A stretch of 64,000 nt of DNA from Pseudomonadota bacterium (GCA_016195185.1 JACQAA010000054.1:92-64091), one strand, 5' to 3'; shown: positions 40,860 through 50,742, counted from the stretch's first letter. The notes: a model not told the origin generated them from the sequence alone. Translations and numbers: made by a program.

Positions 40860-42518
40860 CTATTTCTCGCTGATATTGGTGATTTTAGCGCCCGGAAATA
40901 GTCTCAGGACTTCACCGACCACGGGGTGCGCCTTCACGTCATTCAGAACACCCGCCTGCTGATGGCGCTTTGCCTCGGCCAACGTCGGCTCTCCCGCCTC
41001 GCGCGACAGGCCAATCATCCAGAGCTGCCCCGTCCACTCGTTGAGCTTCTTCGCCAGTTGCCCGGACAAATTATGCGGCGCCCCTTCGGCAAACCGAAGC
41101 GACAGGTGCCCCGGCTCAAATTTGACCAGATGCGCATAGTTGATAAGATGCGACTGCAAAACTGCCTCGCGGTGCTGGCCGCAGAGAGCCACAACTTCGT
41201 TAAAGCTGCTGACGTGGGCACGCGATATACCCGCATCAGGCTCGCCCAAGACCGGGGCTGGCGCCGCTGCTGTTCGCAACATAAGGGTTGTTCCCCGCGG
41301 TGCCCCGGAGGGCTGGGCCATACCGCCACCCAGGCTGACAGTCGAGCCGTCTTTCAATTGTTTCAGGACATCGCCCGGCACCGGCTGGTCGGAAACATAG
41401 AGCAGGCGAATGATCAGCATCTCTAAAGCCAATTGCGGATTAAAAGCATGCTGCACTTCCTGCACACCCTTCAACAACATCTGCCAGGTGCGCGTCAGCG
41501 ACGGCACCGGCAGGGTTTGCGCCAGACGCAGGCCACGCACACGCTCTGCTTCCGGCAGCGCCATGTCTTTGGCCAATTCCGGCGCGACCCGCACCTTGGT
41601 CAGGTAGTGAGTCAGATCCAGCAAATCCTGTAAAACCATCAGGGCGTCGGAGCCGCCCTTGTACAGGCTGTCAAGCAAAGCGAGGGCGGAAACACTGTCC
41701 CCCTTCATCATCGCCTCGAACAGGTCAAGAGTGACCGAACGATCGACCAGCCCCAGCATCTCGCGCACCTGCTGCCCGGTAATTTTCTTCGGCTCGCGTG
41801 AAATAGCCTGATCCAGCAGACTCAAACCATCGCGCGCCGAACCATCGGCGGCCCGCGCAATCAGCGCCACCGCCCCCTGTTCCGCTTCCACCTTTTCCCT
41901 GGACAGCAGCTCGGCGAAATAACTCTCCAGCACGTCAGCGCCGATCCTCCGCAGGTCAAACCGCTGGCAGCGCGACAGGATTGTCACCGGCACCTTGCGA
42001 ATCTCCGTGGTGGCAAAGACAAATTTGACGTGTTCCGGCGGCTCTTCCAGCGTCTTCAGCAGCGCGTTGAAAGCTGCTTTGGACAGCATGTGCACTTCAT
42101 CGAGAATGAAAATCTTGTACCGCCCCGCGACCGGCGCGTAGGGCACGGAATCGATAATCTCGCGGATTTCGTCCACGCCGTTATTGGACGCTGCATCCAT
42201 CTCCAGCACGTCGATATTGCGGTCCTCGGCAATGGCGCGGCATTGCTCACACTGGCCGCACGGTGTCACCGTGGGGCCCTTTTCGCAGTTGAGCGCCCGC
42301 GCGATAATCCGCGCCGTCGTCGTTTTGCCGACACCACGCACGCCCGTCAGCATATAGGCATGAGCCAGTCGCCCGGACTGGACGGCATTGGTCAGGGTAC
42401 GCACCAGGGCGTCCTGCCCCTTCAGCTCGGAAAAATTCTGCGGGCGATATTTTCGCGCCAGAACGCGGTACTCGGCAGGCCTTTTGTCCTCAGCGCTCAG
42501 CGACGGTTTTTTGGCCAC
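40860..42518 (-). CDS. dnaX: DNA polymerase III subunit gamma/tau
   Basis: Motifs seen are Walker A GVRGVGKTTTARI, the zinc module CEKGPTVTPCGQCEQC, and ILDEVHMLS. Confidence 0.9.
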   Translation of the reverse strand: MAKKPSLSAEDKRPAEYRVLARKYRPQNFSELKGQDALVRTLTNAVQSGRLAHAYMLTGVRGVGKTTTARIIARALNCEKGPTVTPCGQCEQCRAIAEDRNIDVLEMDAASNNGVDEIREIIDSVPYAPVAGRYKIFILDEVHMLSKAAFNALLKTLEEPPEHVKFVFATTEIRKVPVTILSRCQRFDLRRIGADVLESYFAELLSREKVEAEQGAVALIARAADGSARDGLSLLDQAISREPKKITGQQVREMLGLVDRSVTLDLFEAMMKGDSVSALALLDSLYKGGSDALMVLQDLLDLTHYLTKVRVAPELAKDMALPEAERVRGLRLAQTLPVPSLTRTWQMLLKGVQEVQHAFNPQLALEMLIIRLLYVSDQPVPGDVLKQLKDGSTVSLGGGMAQPSGAPRGTTLMLRTAAAPAPVLGEPDAGISRAHVSSFNEVVALCGQHREAVLQSHLINYAHLVKFEPGHLSLRFAEGAPHNLSGQLAKKLNEWTGQLWMIGLSREAGEPTLAEAKRHQQAGVLNDVKAHPVVGEVLRLFPGAKITNISEK

Positions 42519-42577
42519 AATGAAGATCCTGCCTGATGTTGAATGTCAGGCCTCAAGACTATCTGATTCAGGGAAAA

Positions 42578-42678
42578 GGTGGAAGGCTGGAAACGACCCG
42601 ACCTAAAACTCGTTACGGTTGCTGCCTTTCGGCCCTGGCCGGATTGGGAGACAGCCGTCCGCCCCCAACCTTCCGGCT
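42578..42678 (-). ncRNA. ffs: signal recognition particle RNA (small bacterial 4.5S type)
   Basis: The reverse strand reads ...GGAAGGUUGGGGGCGGACGGCUGUCUCCCAAUCCGGCCAGGGCCGAAAGGCAGCAACCGUAACGAG...CCAGCCUUCC. CAGGGCC-GAAA-GGCAGCA matches the conserved helix-8 core (E. coli CAGGUCC-GGAA-GGAAGCAGC) with a GNRA tetraloop. The 5' GGAAGGUUGG pairs with the 3' CCAGCCUUCC. It lies directly upstream of dnaX, which is the conserved position. The ends are approximate. Confidence 0.7.
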
Positions 42679-42775
42679 CCAGTATTGTCAGATTCTTCTT
42701 TTTGGGCAAGAGATATCTTGCCAAGAATGCCGCTTTGGGGTTATCTATATGAAATCATTATAGGAGTGCCCAAAA

Positions 42776-43153
42776 ATGGCGATCACGCTTGATGCTCTGG
42801 ACGGACAATACGAGGTGCGCTCCGAGGCCAACCACGGCGGCCCCTTCCTGCTGAAAGGGGATGGCATCACTGTCGTCAAAAACGGCCTGACCTACCGCAA
42901 AGATCAAAAAGGCTGTATCTGGGAGAGCGCGTTCAGCGTTATCGGCAACAACAAGGTGCAGATCGAGTCAACCGTCGACCCCAGCCACGCCGGAGACGAC
43001 GTGTATATTTCCGACGAAAACGGCAACCCCACCAAGTGCATCGTCACCTACAGATCGGTCCTCAATGCTCAGTCCGTCAATGGTAAGGTGGTCCTGAGCG
43101 GAGAAATCAAGCACGGCGCCGAAATCACCCATCTGACCATGACCCAGCTGTAA
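42776..43153 (+). CDS. hypothetical protein (125 aa)
   Basis: This is a clean ORF with an upstream GGAG. I recognise no family. Confidence 0.45.
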   Translation: MAITLDALDGQYEVRSEANHGGPFLLKGDGITVVKNGLTYRKDQKGCIWESAFSVIGNNKVQIESTVDPSHAGDDVYISDENGNPTKCIVTYRSVLNAQSVNGKVVLSGEIKHGAEITHLTMTQL

Positions 43154-43211
43154 GGCGTTGTGACGATTCTGCCTTGAAAGGGCCGCCCATTTACCCTATC
43201 CTCCGCCCCAG

Positions 43212-43287
43212 GCTGTTGTAGCTCAGTTGGTAGAGCACATCATTCGTAATGATGGGGTCGGAGGTTCAAATCCTCTCAACAGCACCA
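43212..43287 (+). tRNA. tRNA-Thr (anticodon CGU)
   Basis: A manual cloverleaf gives acceptor GCTGTTG/CAACAGC, D-arm GCTC-AGTTGGTA-GAGC, anticodon arm CATCA-TTCGTAA-TGATG, T-arm GGAGG-TTCAAAT-CCTCT, and an encoded CCA. Confidence 0.9.
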
Positions 43288-43344
43288 TTTTCGTTGTTTG
43301 ATCCCCAGGCCCTCCTCACAATGCCCGCTACCGATTCCAAAAGA

Positions 43345-43373
43345 TTGACATGGCAGGATTATTTATTATTTTT
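43345..43373 (+). promoter_or_regulatory. possible promoter for tRNA-Tyr (TTGACA followed by a T/A-rich -10 region)
   Basis: A consensus -35 TTGACA lies at 43345-43350. The best -10 is only TATTTT with a spacer of about 16 nt, which is weak. Confidence 0.25.
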
Positions 43374-43440
43374 TGTGCTTGCTGTTTTTATGGATCGTCG
43401 GTAGTCTTGGCACTCGATTTTTACCCGTAAAACTTCCTGC

Positions 43441-43525
43441 GGAGGGGTGGCCGAGTGGTCAATGGCAGCAGACTGTAAATCTGCCCTCTACGAGTTCGAA
43501 GGTTCAAATCCTTCCCCCTCCACCA
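43441..43525 (+). tRNA. tRNA-Tyr (anticodon GUA), long variable arm
   Basis: A manual fold gives acceptor GGAGGGG/CCCCTCC, anticodon arm GCAGA-CTGTAAA-TCTGC, a long variable arm, T-arm GAAGG-TTCAAAT-CCTTC, and an encoded CCA. Confidence 0.9.
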
Positions 43526-43647
43526 TTTTACTGTCCCAGACAGTTTCTCCAAGTACCCAGAAGTTTAAAAAACCATTGCAAAATAAGCGTTAAATGGCTT
43601 ATTCTGTACTTGTAAGTTTTTCTGTGCCTTTGCGTATCCCAAAAAAT

Positions 43648-43709
43648 TGGGGGTATGTGAGGGGGTAGAAAATCAGCATAAAATACATAAATAAGGAATT
43701 ATACCCCCA
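43648..43709. repeat. TGGGGGTAT motif pair (inverted) just upstream of int; candidate integrase arm-type sites
   Basis: TGGGGGTAT is at 43648-43656 and its reverse complement ATACCCCCA is at 43701-43709, abutting the int ATG. A variant, GAGGGGGTAG, is at 43659-43668. Confidence 0.5.
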
Positions 43710-44927
43710 ATGGCACTCACAGATATGGCCTGCAAAAACGCAAAACCCAGCACAAAACCTTATAAGAAAGCCGATTCCCACGGCCTCTATTTGTACGTCA
43801 CGCCAAACGGTTCACGGTATTGGAGGCTCAAGTACCGATTCATGGGTAAAGAAAAAGTGTTGGCGCTGGGGGTATATCCAGAAGTTTCCTTAATTGAGGC
43901 GCGAGATAGGCGGGAGGAAGCCCGTAAGCTGCTGGCTTCGGATATAGACCCGAACATGGCAAAACAACAACGAAAGCATATAGCCGCGATAAGCGCCGAA
44001 AACACTTTTGAAGCTATCGCCAAGGAATGGCATGAAAACCGGAAATCAAAGTGGTCAGTGAACTATGCCAGAGACATTCTGCACCGCATGGAACTGGATA
44101 TTTTTCCGGCGCTGGGCATAACACCTATCAGTACCATTACCGCGCCACAGTTCTTGTCCGTATTGAGGCAGATTGAAAAAAGAGGCGCGCTGGAGATTGC
44201 ACACCGTGCCATGCAGACCTGCGGACAGGTGTTCCGCTATGCCATAGCCACCGGGAAGGCCGATAGGAACCCCGCCGCTGACCTGCAAGGGGCGCTGCAA
44301 CCCGTCCGGCATACCCACTTTGCCGCGTTGGAGGCCAAAGACCTGCCGGAGTTTCTGCAAGCCCTTGAACGGAATGAGGCGCGGCTTTATCAGCAAACCC
44401 GCCACGCGGTAAAACTGCTCATGCTGACATTCGTCAGAACAAGCGAGCTGATTAACGCCAAATGGGAAGAATTTGATTTTGAGGCAAAGCGCTGGGAGAT
44501 TCCAGCTGAGCGCATGAAGATGAGAAAACCCCATATCGTGCCCCTTTCCCGGCAGGTTGTTGATATTCTGCGGGAACAGCAAAAACTGACCGGAAAATGG
44601 CAATGGGTATTCCCCAATCAGGTGCGCCCCATGAAGTCTATGAGCAATTGCACCGTCCTGAATGCGCTGAAGCGTTTGGGCTATAAAGACCGCATGACCG
44701 GACACGGCTTCCGCGCCCTTGCCATGTCCACCATCAAGGAAAAACTGAATTACAGGCATGAGGTTGTGGACAGGCAGCTTGCCCACGCGCCCCGTAACAA
44801 GGTGGATGCCGCCTATGACCGCGCCAAGTTTCTGGATGAACGCAGGAAAATGATGCAGGACTGGGCGAACTATCTGGACGCGGCTGCTTCACAGGGCAAG
44901 GTTATTGTGGCCAAATTTGGAAAGTAG
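43710..44927 (+). CDS. int: tyrosine-type integrase, P4-like (DUF4102 N-terminal arm-binding domain)
   Basis: The N-terminus LTDMACKNAKP..KPYKKADSHGLYLYVTPNGSRYWRLKYRF is the DUF4102 signature. The catalytic region reads HGFRA...LAH...Y. Confidence 0.9.
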   Translation: MALTDMACKNAKPSTKPYKKADSHGLYLYVTPNGSRYWRLKYRFMGKEKVLALGVYPEVSLIEARDRREEARKLLASDIDPNMAKQQRKHIAAISAENTFEAIAKEWHENRKSKWSVNYARDILHRMELDIFPALGITPISTITAPQFLSVLRQIEKRGALEIAHRAMQTCGQVFRYAIATGKADRNPAADLQGALQPVRHTHFAALEAKDLPEFLQALERNEARLYQQTRHAVKLLMLTFVRTSELINAKWEEFDFEAKRWEIPAERMKMRKPHIVPLSRQVVDILREQQKLTGKWQWVFPNQVRPMKSMSNCTVLNALKRLGYKDRMTGHGFRALAMSTIKEKLNYRHEVVDRQLAHAPRNKVDAAYDRAKFLDERRKMMQDWANYLDAAASQGKVIVAKFGK

Positions 44928-45031
44928 AAGATACGTCTCCCTGCTGGCACAAGCCGGGGGGTAGGGGTAAAAATCGACTATAGGGCGGGAAACCTCCTAA
45001 AGTACCTAAACTTAGGTTTAGCACCGCCTAT

Positions 45032-48000
45032 TTACGCCGCATCCTTTTTGATTGATTGAATATCCAGCTTCGGCAATGACCGGACTATTTTGAGAGTTTC
45101 GAGGCTGACGGTGATGACGCGCTGGAACAGCTTGAGGGAATAGGCTGCGTCGCCGACTGTTTCAATGGCATACAGGTTGGCGTCGTTGACGATGCCGCTA
45201 TCCTTGTCGTTTTTCACGCCTTGGCGTTCCATGACCCATTCGAGGGCTGGTTTGCCGTTGACGACGTAATCATAGGCTTCCACGGGAATGTCACGGATGG
45301 TGATATAGTCGTTATAGACGACGGTGGACTTGTCGCCCTTCGTGGTAAATTTCATTTTGGTGACGTAATATTCTTTTTCGCCCAGTTTGCGCCCGCCTGT
45401 TTCCAGTGTCACGTCATAGGGCTTCGCGGATTCATAGCCGACGTGCAGGTCGGCCAGCGCCCGCCCTGCCTTGCTGAAAGCCCAGAAATCCGCAGCCTTC
45501 TTCACACAAGGGATGCGAGGCAACTGTTTGGAGAGGTTATCGGCGTATTTCTCGCGATAGCCTTCGGAGTGCAGGAGGCCATAGATATAATAGAAAACGT
45601 CTTCCTTGCTGATTTTCTCGACGCCGGGATAGGCTGCCTTGAAATGCGCCAGTCCTGCGTCGGTGATTCCGTCTTTTCTGCCAGTGCTGTTACCTGCGAA
45701 CAAGCCGCCATCACTGTCTTCCTCGTCTTCATAAAGATAAAGCGGGAAGCATTGGCCTTTTTCAACCACCTCCAAATCAGGCATAGCATTGGTTACTATT
45801 GCGCTAAACCCCGCCCGTGCGCCAATACCGGAAACAAGGATTCCAAGGTTACTTGTGTCTTCATCTGGGAAGATACTTTGCATCTGGCCAACACGGTGGT
45901 TAAACATTTTATCGTAATAAACCCATTGCTTTGTGAAAGGACGGTAAAGGCTCTTATTTAAAGCACCCTTCCTGTAGTTTCCTTTAATCAGCTTTTCTAA
46001 CTTCGGAATAAGGCTGCTAGACCAACTAATTTTTTTAGAGTCTCTGTCAATAAAATCTTCTACAGAAAGTTTCGAGTTTTTAAACCCGTCAACCTGGCTG
46101 TTATAAAATTCAATCATCCTCTTCATATTTTTGGATACGGATTCTTTTGAGGAGTTGTAGCACCATGCATCACGATTTGTACCAAGGCCAAGGGAATAGT
46201 TTTTAAAAATGGTGGCATTAACATCATTTCTCTTATCCCCCATAGAAATATATCCATCAAACGCCACGTCGCGCTGACCAATCCAATCATTATATTTATC
46301 GGGTATAATTTTCTGCCACCCGTTTTGTTCTTGAATCCCATTTATGCTGCTTAAAAACTTTATACGGTTTAATTTATCTTCCGTGGACAATTCGTTGCCG
46401 ATATCATGATAAAAAATATTTCCATGAGATTTGGCTTTTGGATTCTTAACAAACAAGGAAATTGAAATTCCCGTCATGCTTCCAGAGCCAAAAATATTCC
46501 CACCTTCTTTTGCACGGCCTCTACTTAGCATATTTTTACGAACATCGCCCCGCAGGTTAAAGACGTAAATATTGGAATATTCTTCGGCAAGACATTTCCT
46601 CATGCCATCCGCGAATCCACGCTCAATCCATGCACCTCCAGAAACATAGGCCATGACGCCGTTTTCACCAATCCTCTCTGAACCCCAACGAATTGCGCGG
46701 ATATACGAATCCTTCAGCGCCTTTGTTGTGTTTGCAGTCGAGTGCGTGCCGTAAGTTTCATCTATCCTACTGTCCAAAAATGGATAGCTAATATTTGCCG
46801 CGTTATCATTTTCACTCTTTTGCCCGATAGAATAAGGGGGATTGCCGATGATGACACGAATATCCAGTGCCTTTTGCCTTTTACGGCGTGCGCTGTTGTC
46901 TTCCATTAAGACGCTCACCAAATCATCCTTCTCGTATAGTTGGAAAGTGTCTGTCAGTAGGATACCTTGAAAAGGCTCATAATCGCCACCCGCTATCCCG
47001 TGATAGGCTGCCTCGATATTGATTGCGGCAATGTAATAGGCCAGCAGGACAATTTCATTGGCATGGATTTCATACGCATATTTATGCGGAAGGTCTTTGG
47101 GGTCGATCAGACCGCTTTGCAACAGGCGCGTGATAAACGTGCCAGTGCCCGTGAAGGGGTCGAGGATGTGAACACCTTTACTGCCAAGCGTCTCGCCAAA
47201 TTCCTGTTGCAGAACGTCATTCACGGAATGAATAATAAAATCGACCACCTCGACCGGAGTATAAACGATCCCAAGTTTTTCCGACAATTTAGGGAAGGCG
47301 TTTTCGAAGAATGTACCATACAGTTCTTTCACGATCTTTTGTTTCGCAGCGGCAGAGTCAATACCGGCAGCGCGGCGTTTCACGCTGTCATAGAATTGCT
47401 CCAGCGTATCGGTTTCCTTGTCGATGCTGTGGTCGTGCAAGACTTCCAAGACATGTTGCATCGCCATTGACACGGGGTTATGGCTGGCAAAGCTGTATTT
47501 GTCGAACAGCGCGTCAAAGACAGGCTTAGTGATAAGGTGCTGGGCGAGCATTTCGATGACTTCATCATCGGTGATCTGCCCGTTCAGGTCGTCGCGCAAC
47601 TCTTCCACGAAAGAATGGAAGGCAGCGGATTCCTTTTCGTTCTTCGGATTCTTGACAATAGCGGAAATGCGCGTGATGTGGGTCTGGGCGATTTTAGCGA
47701 TGTCTTTCGCCCAGTCTTCCCAATAATTCCGGTTGCCGCATTTCTTGACGATTTTGGCGTAAAGGGCACGTTCGATTTCCCCCACCTCAAAGCGCATGGT
47801 AAATTGGCCGTCAGAAGTTTTCTTCTTTTCCGCTGTGCCGATAGTATTCGTCCCTCTGCCTGTGGGCTTGTTGCTGCCTTTCTTTTGCTTAGGCGCAATA
47901 TCCCCCGTGACGGCAATCACTTCCATGCGGCTGTTGTTCTTGCCGGTCAGGTCGAGTCTATTTATCGTGCCGTCAAAGCGGTCGTCATGCGAGCGCAGGG

Positions 48001-48550
48001 CTTGCAGGACTTCCCAAACGACGCGATAGGTATGGTTATCGTTCAAAGCCTCATGGGGTTCCACGTCTTCGGGGATGACCACGGGCAGGATGACGTAGCC
48101 GCGCTTTTTATTCGGCGCATTTCGCATGATGCGCCCGACCGACTGCACCACATCCACCTGTGAATTACGAGGCGTGAGGAACAACACGGCATCCAGCGCG
48201 GGCACGTCCACGCCTTCGGACAGGCATCGAACATTGCTAAGGATGCGACAGGTATTCTCCGGGGTCTTGGCTTTCAACCATTCCAGCTTTTCTTCTTTTT
48301 CGGAGGCGTTCATGCCGCCGTCGATGTGTTCGGCCTCACAAGTAAGCGTGTGGTGGTCGATTTCCTGCTTTTGGTATTCTTCCACGACCGCGCTAAACAT
48401 TTTTGCGATATTCGTGGAACTGACCTTGTGCGTTTTCGCCCCTGACTTTTGTTCGATGACTTGGCAGAAGGCCACGGCACGGCGCATGGGGTCAGCGAAG
48501 CCACAAGAATCATCAATGGCTGGACGAAGCCGGAGAAAAACTTTTTTCAC
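45032..48550 (-). CDS. Type ISP restriction-modification enzyme, 5'-truncated (RecA2 helicase lobe, N6-adenine methyltransferase and C-terminal specificity domain retained; nuclease and RecA1 absent)
   Basis: The translation begins inside the helicase C-lobe (CRILSNVRCLSEGVDVPALDAVLFLTPRNSQVDVVQSVGRIMR). It then has the methylase motif IIGNPPYSIGQK and a FPLYLYE-containing C-terminal domain. Walker A, DEAH and Mrr-like nuclease sequences are absent. Only a GTG start is available at 48550, and an in-frame TAA lies 3 codons upstream (48562-48560). Confidence 0.75.
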   Translation of the reverse strand: MKKVFLRLRPAIDDSCGFADPMRRAVAFCQVIEQKSGAKTHKVSSTNIAKMFSAVVEEYQKQEIDHHTLTCEAEHIDGGMNASEKEEKLEWLKAKTPENTCRILSNVRCLSEGVDVPALDAVLFLTPRNSQVDVVQSVGRIMRNAPNKKRGYVILPVVIPEDVEPHEALNDNHTYRVVWEVLQALRSHDDRFDGTINRLDLTGKNNSRMEVIAVTGDIAPKQKKGSNKPTGRGTNTIGTAEKKKTSDGQFTMRFEVGEIERALYAKIVKKCGNRNYWEDWAKDIAKIAQTHITRISAIVKNPKNEKESAAFHSFVEELRDDLNGQITDDEVIEMLAQHLITKPVFDALFDKYSFASHNPVSMAMQHVLEVLHDHSIDKETDTLEQFYDSVKRRAAGIDSAAAKQKIVKELYGTFFENAFPKLSEKLGIVYTPVEVVDFIIHSVNDVLQQEFGETLGSKGVHILDPFTGTGTFITRLLQSGLIDPKDLPHKYAYEIHANEIVLLAYYIAAINIEAAYHGIAGGDYEPFQGILLTDTFQLYEKDDLVSVLMEDNSARRKRQKALDIRVIIGNPPYSIGQKSENDNAANISYPFLDSRIDETYGTHSTANTTKALKDSYIRAIRWGSERIGENGVMAYVSGGAWIERGFADGMRKCLAEEYSNIYVFNLRGDVRKNMLSRGRAKEGGNIFGSGSMTGISISLFVKNPKAKSHGNIFYHDIGNELSTEDKLNRIKFLSSINGIQEQNGWQKIIPDKYNDWIGQRDVAFDGYISMGDKRNDVNATIFKNYSLGLGTNRDAWCYNSSKESVSKNMKRMIEFYNSQVDGFKNSKLSVEDFIDRDSKKISWSSSLIPKLEKLIKGNYRKGALNKSLYRPFTKQWVYYDKMFNHRVGQMQSIFPDEDTSNLGILVSGIGARAGFSAIVTNAMPDLEVVEKGQCFPLYLYEDEEDSDGGLFAGNSTGRKDGITDAGLAHFKAAYPGVEKISKEDVFYYIYGLLHSEGYREKYADNLSKQLPRIPCVKKAADFWAFSKAGRALADLHVGYESAKPYDVTLETGGRKLGEKEYYVTKMKFTTKGDKSTVVYNDYITIRDIPVEAYDYVVNGKPALEWVMERQGVKNDKDSGIVNDANLYAIETVGDAAYSLKLFQRVITVSLETLKIVRSLPKLDIQSIKKDAA

Positions 48551-48842
48551 AGCAGATGTTTACGGTGCTTGCTTTGCAGAGGTCTTGCTTAAACAAAGCG
48601 GGCGATAAGTGGAAAAAATTTATGAACCTTCTGGATGATATTCTGCCCAAAAAGGGAAAAGCAACTCAGTTAAAATTGCCTATTTTTCCTGATGACGGCG
48701 ACTGAAAAGGACGTGCCAATTTTTCTTGCGCTAATCTGAACAACTTAACCCCGCTCATAAGGCCGCCTTTAGGCATCCGCAATTAGCTCAATAAAAACGG
48801 ACATCACATCTGTTTGCTTGTGTATTTTTTTGCAGAGGACGC

Positions 48843-49547
48843 ATGACTAAAAAATATCTTCCTGAACTAAAAGTCTATTCAATTGAACAGTTTGCAAAAA
48901 AATTAGGCTGTACAACACGGGATATTCTCCACTATGGGAGAACAGGCCAATTAAAACTATCCGTTTTGAGTAAGGGATGGACACTTGAATGCGGCTACTA
49001 TGAAGAAGCAGATAATGATGGTGGTCTGAACTGCATCCCCTGCGGAAATGTTCATTGCAGCCCCGGCACGGTGCTGGGGCTTTGGCAGTGTGGCGCAATA
49101 GAACTTGCCGGGGACGGCTCCGCCGTTAACCCCTCTTTTTATTTTAAAGACTATTCATACGCTGTACTTCCTGAGGACGGCAGGAAAAAAGACGTGATTG
49201 TGAAAGAACAGGATGTTGTGATCACCATCAAGGACGCCCTGGATTTTGAAGCGTCAGCCTCGGATCAGGCTCTCTCTGGCAGTGATTCAGAGAACACAGC
49301 TTCAGACGGCTACCTTTCTACACCTTATACAGGAGACCCAGGACGTCCATCCAAGGCAGCCCATCTTTATTTGAAAAAGTTTAAAGACCTTTGCAAAGAG
49401 GGCCAGGTAGCAGCTACTCTCGCGGAACAGTCCCGCCACTTGTTGCAATGGCTAGAGACAGAGCATCCCAGTATTCCTCACCCTACAGTAAGAGTTATCG
49501 AGAACAGAATCCGCTCCCTATACAACAAAGCCAGAACAGCCTCATAA
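48843..49547 (+). CDS. hypothetical protein with N-terminal excisionase/MerR-like HTH
   Basis: YSIEQFAKKLGCTTRDILHYGRTGQLKL resembles HTH_17-type motifs. I do not recognise the rest. Confidence 0.45.
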   Translation: MTKKYLPELKVYSIEQFAKKLGCTTRDILHYGRTGQLKLSVLSKGWTLECGYYEEADNDGGLNCIPCGNVHCSPGTVLGLWQCGAIELAGDGSAVNPSFYFKDYSYAVLPEDGRKKDVIVKEQDVVITIKDALDFEASASDQALSGSDSENTASDGYLSTPYTGDPGRPSKAAHLYLKKFKDLCKEGQVAATLAEQSRHLLQWLETEHPSIPHPTVRVIENRIRSLYNKARTAS

Positions 49548-49552
49548 GAAAA

Positions 49553-49574
49553 CCACGATATTTTAATATCGTGG
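49553..49574 (+). terminator. stem-loop CCACGATAT-TTTA-ATATCGTGG after the HTH gene
   Basis: A perfect 9-bp stem starts 6 nt after the stop codon. It is followed by GGTATTT. Confidence 0.4.
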
Positions 49575-49669
49575 GGTATTTAGTGGCCTATATCATGGGC
49601 ATTGAACGGCCTTAGTGTTGAAACTGTGAGCAACGATCCGTTTCACAAAACAACATTAAGGAGTTTCAA

Positions 49670-49861
49670 ATGACGCAAAAAGCACACAGTATCAAAGCGT
49701 TCTGCGAGGCGCACGACATCTCGCGCAACCTGTTTTACACCCTAAAAAAACAGGGACTCGCCCCGAAGATGATTGCCCTTGGTAAACGCCGCCTTATCAC
49801 TGAGGAATCAGCAACAGAATGGCGGCATGCGATGCAAAGCCAATCCAATCCCAGTGCATGA
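49670..49861 (+). CDS. AlpA/excisionase-family small HTH DNA-binding protein
   Basis: The protein is 63 aa. It reads IKAFCEAHDISRNLFYTLKKQGLAPKMIALGKRRLITEESATEW. A strong AAGGAG Shine-Dalgarno precedes it. Confidence 0.6.
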   Translation: MTQKAHSIKAFCEAHDISRNLFYTLKKQGLAPKMIALGKRRLITEESATEWRHAMQSQSNPSA

Positions 49862-49942
49862 AAAAGAAAAACCCGATCATGATTTCAACATGACCGGGCA
49901 GGCTATTCAATCCCCTCCATTACAAAAAGAAAGAGAAAGAAC

Positions 49943-50740
49943 ATGATAAATATACCCCTTCCCCCTGATAAAAACAACCTTCCTACGGCGGCGCAAGCAT
50001 ACGCGGCGCATTTCATAGCTGTGTTCCCGCTGCATACACGCGGAAAAACTCCCCTGACACAGAACGGCTTCAAAGACGCCTGCAAAGACTCAACCGCCAT
50101 ATCTTCATGGTGGGCGCAATCACCGGAGGCGAATATCGGCATTCCTACAGGTATAATCAACAGCTTCTGGGCGCTGGACATTGACCCACGGCATGACGGC
50201 GAAAACACCCTGCGCGCGCTGGAACAGGAATACGGCGCATTGCCACAGACCGTCGAAGTCATTACAGGCGGGGGCGGGCGTCACCTGTATTTCACGCTAC
50301 CGGCTCAAGGCGTGATTAAAAACAGTGCCGGGCGGCTAGGGCAAGGGCTGGATGTGCGCGGTGACGGCGGCTATATCGTTGCGCCGCCTTCCATCCATGA
50401 ATCGGGGCGAACTTATGCCTTCTCCGTTGATAGTGGCGAGAATATAGCCCCCGCGCCTGAATGGTTGCTTGCCCTTGTGCAGAAGCCAGAAGCACAAGAG
50501 GCTTTTACTCCTGTTTCGGAGTGGCGCGATATTGTCAAAGGCGTAACTGAAGGGCAGCGCAATGACACGCTCGCCCGCATTGCCGGAAAACTTTTACGTT
50601 GCGGGCTTGATGCCTTTGTCTCTCTTGAGCTTTGCCTTGCATGGAATGACAGCCGCTGCAAACCGCCGCTGGGTCATGCCGAAGTCATAGCCGTCGTCAA
50701 CAGCATAGCAGGACGGGAACTTGCCCGCCGTGGAGTATAA
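49943..50740 (+). CDS. bifunctional DNA primase/polymerase (Prim-Pol N-domain plus PriCT-1-like C-domain)
   Basis: VFPLHTRGKTPLTQNGFKDA, NIGIPTG...WALDIDPRHDG, GGGRHLYF and LDVRGDGGYIVAPPSIHESGRTY are Prim-Pol motifs. The C-terminal GQRNDTLARIAGKLLRCG resembles PriCT. Confidence 0.8.
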   Translation: MINIPLPPDKNNLPTAAQAYAAHFIAVFPLHTRGKTPLTQNGFKDACKDSTAISSWWAQSPEANIGIPTGIINSFWALDIDPRHDGENTLRALEQEYGALPQTVEVITGGGGRHLYFTLPAQGVIKNSAGRLGQGLDVRGDGGYIVAPPSIHESGRTYAFSVDSGENIAPAPEWLLALVQKPEAQEAFTPVSEWRDIVKGVTEGQRNDTLARIAGKLLRCGLDAFVSLELCLAWNDSRCKPPLGHAEVIAVVNSIAGRELARRGV

Positions 50741-50742
50741 CA

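Noticed and set aside
40860-42518. Programmed ribosomal frameshift site in dnaX (A AAA AAG type)
   Set aside because: The only A-run, GCC AAA AAA CCG, is at codons 2-5, not in the gamma/tau junction region. No downstream stem-loop context was seen.
48551-48842. Remnants of the missing Type ISP N-terminus or an IS element in the gap upstream of the truncated gene
   Set aside because: Translating the minus strand in all three frames gave only short, stop-interrupted peptides with no Walker A, DEAH or nuclease-like sequence. I saw no terminal inverted repeats or transposase fragment.
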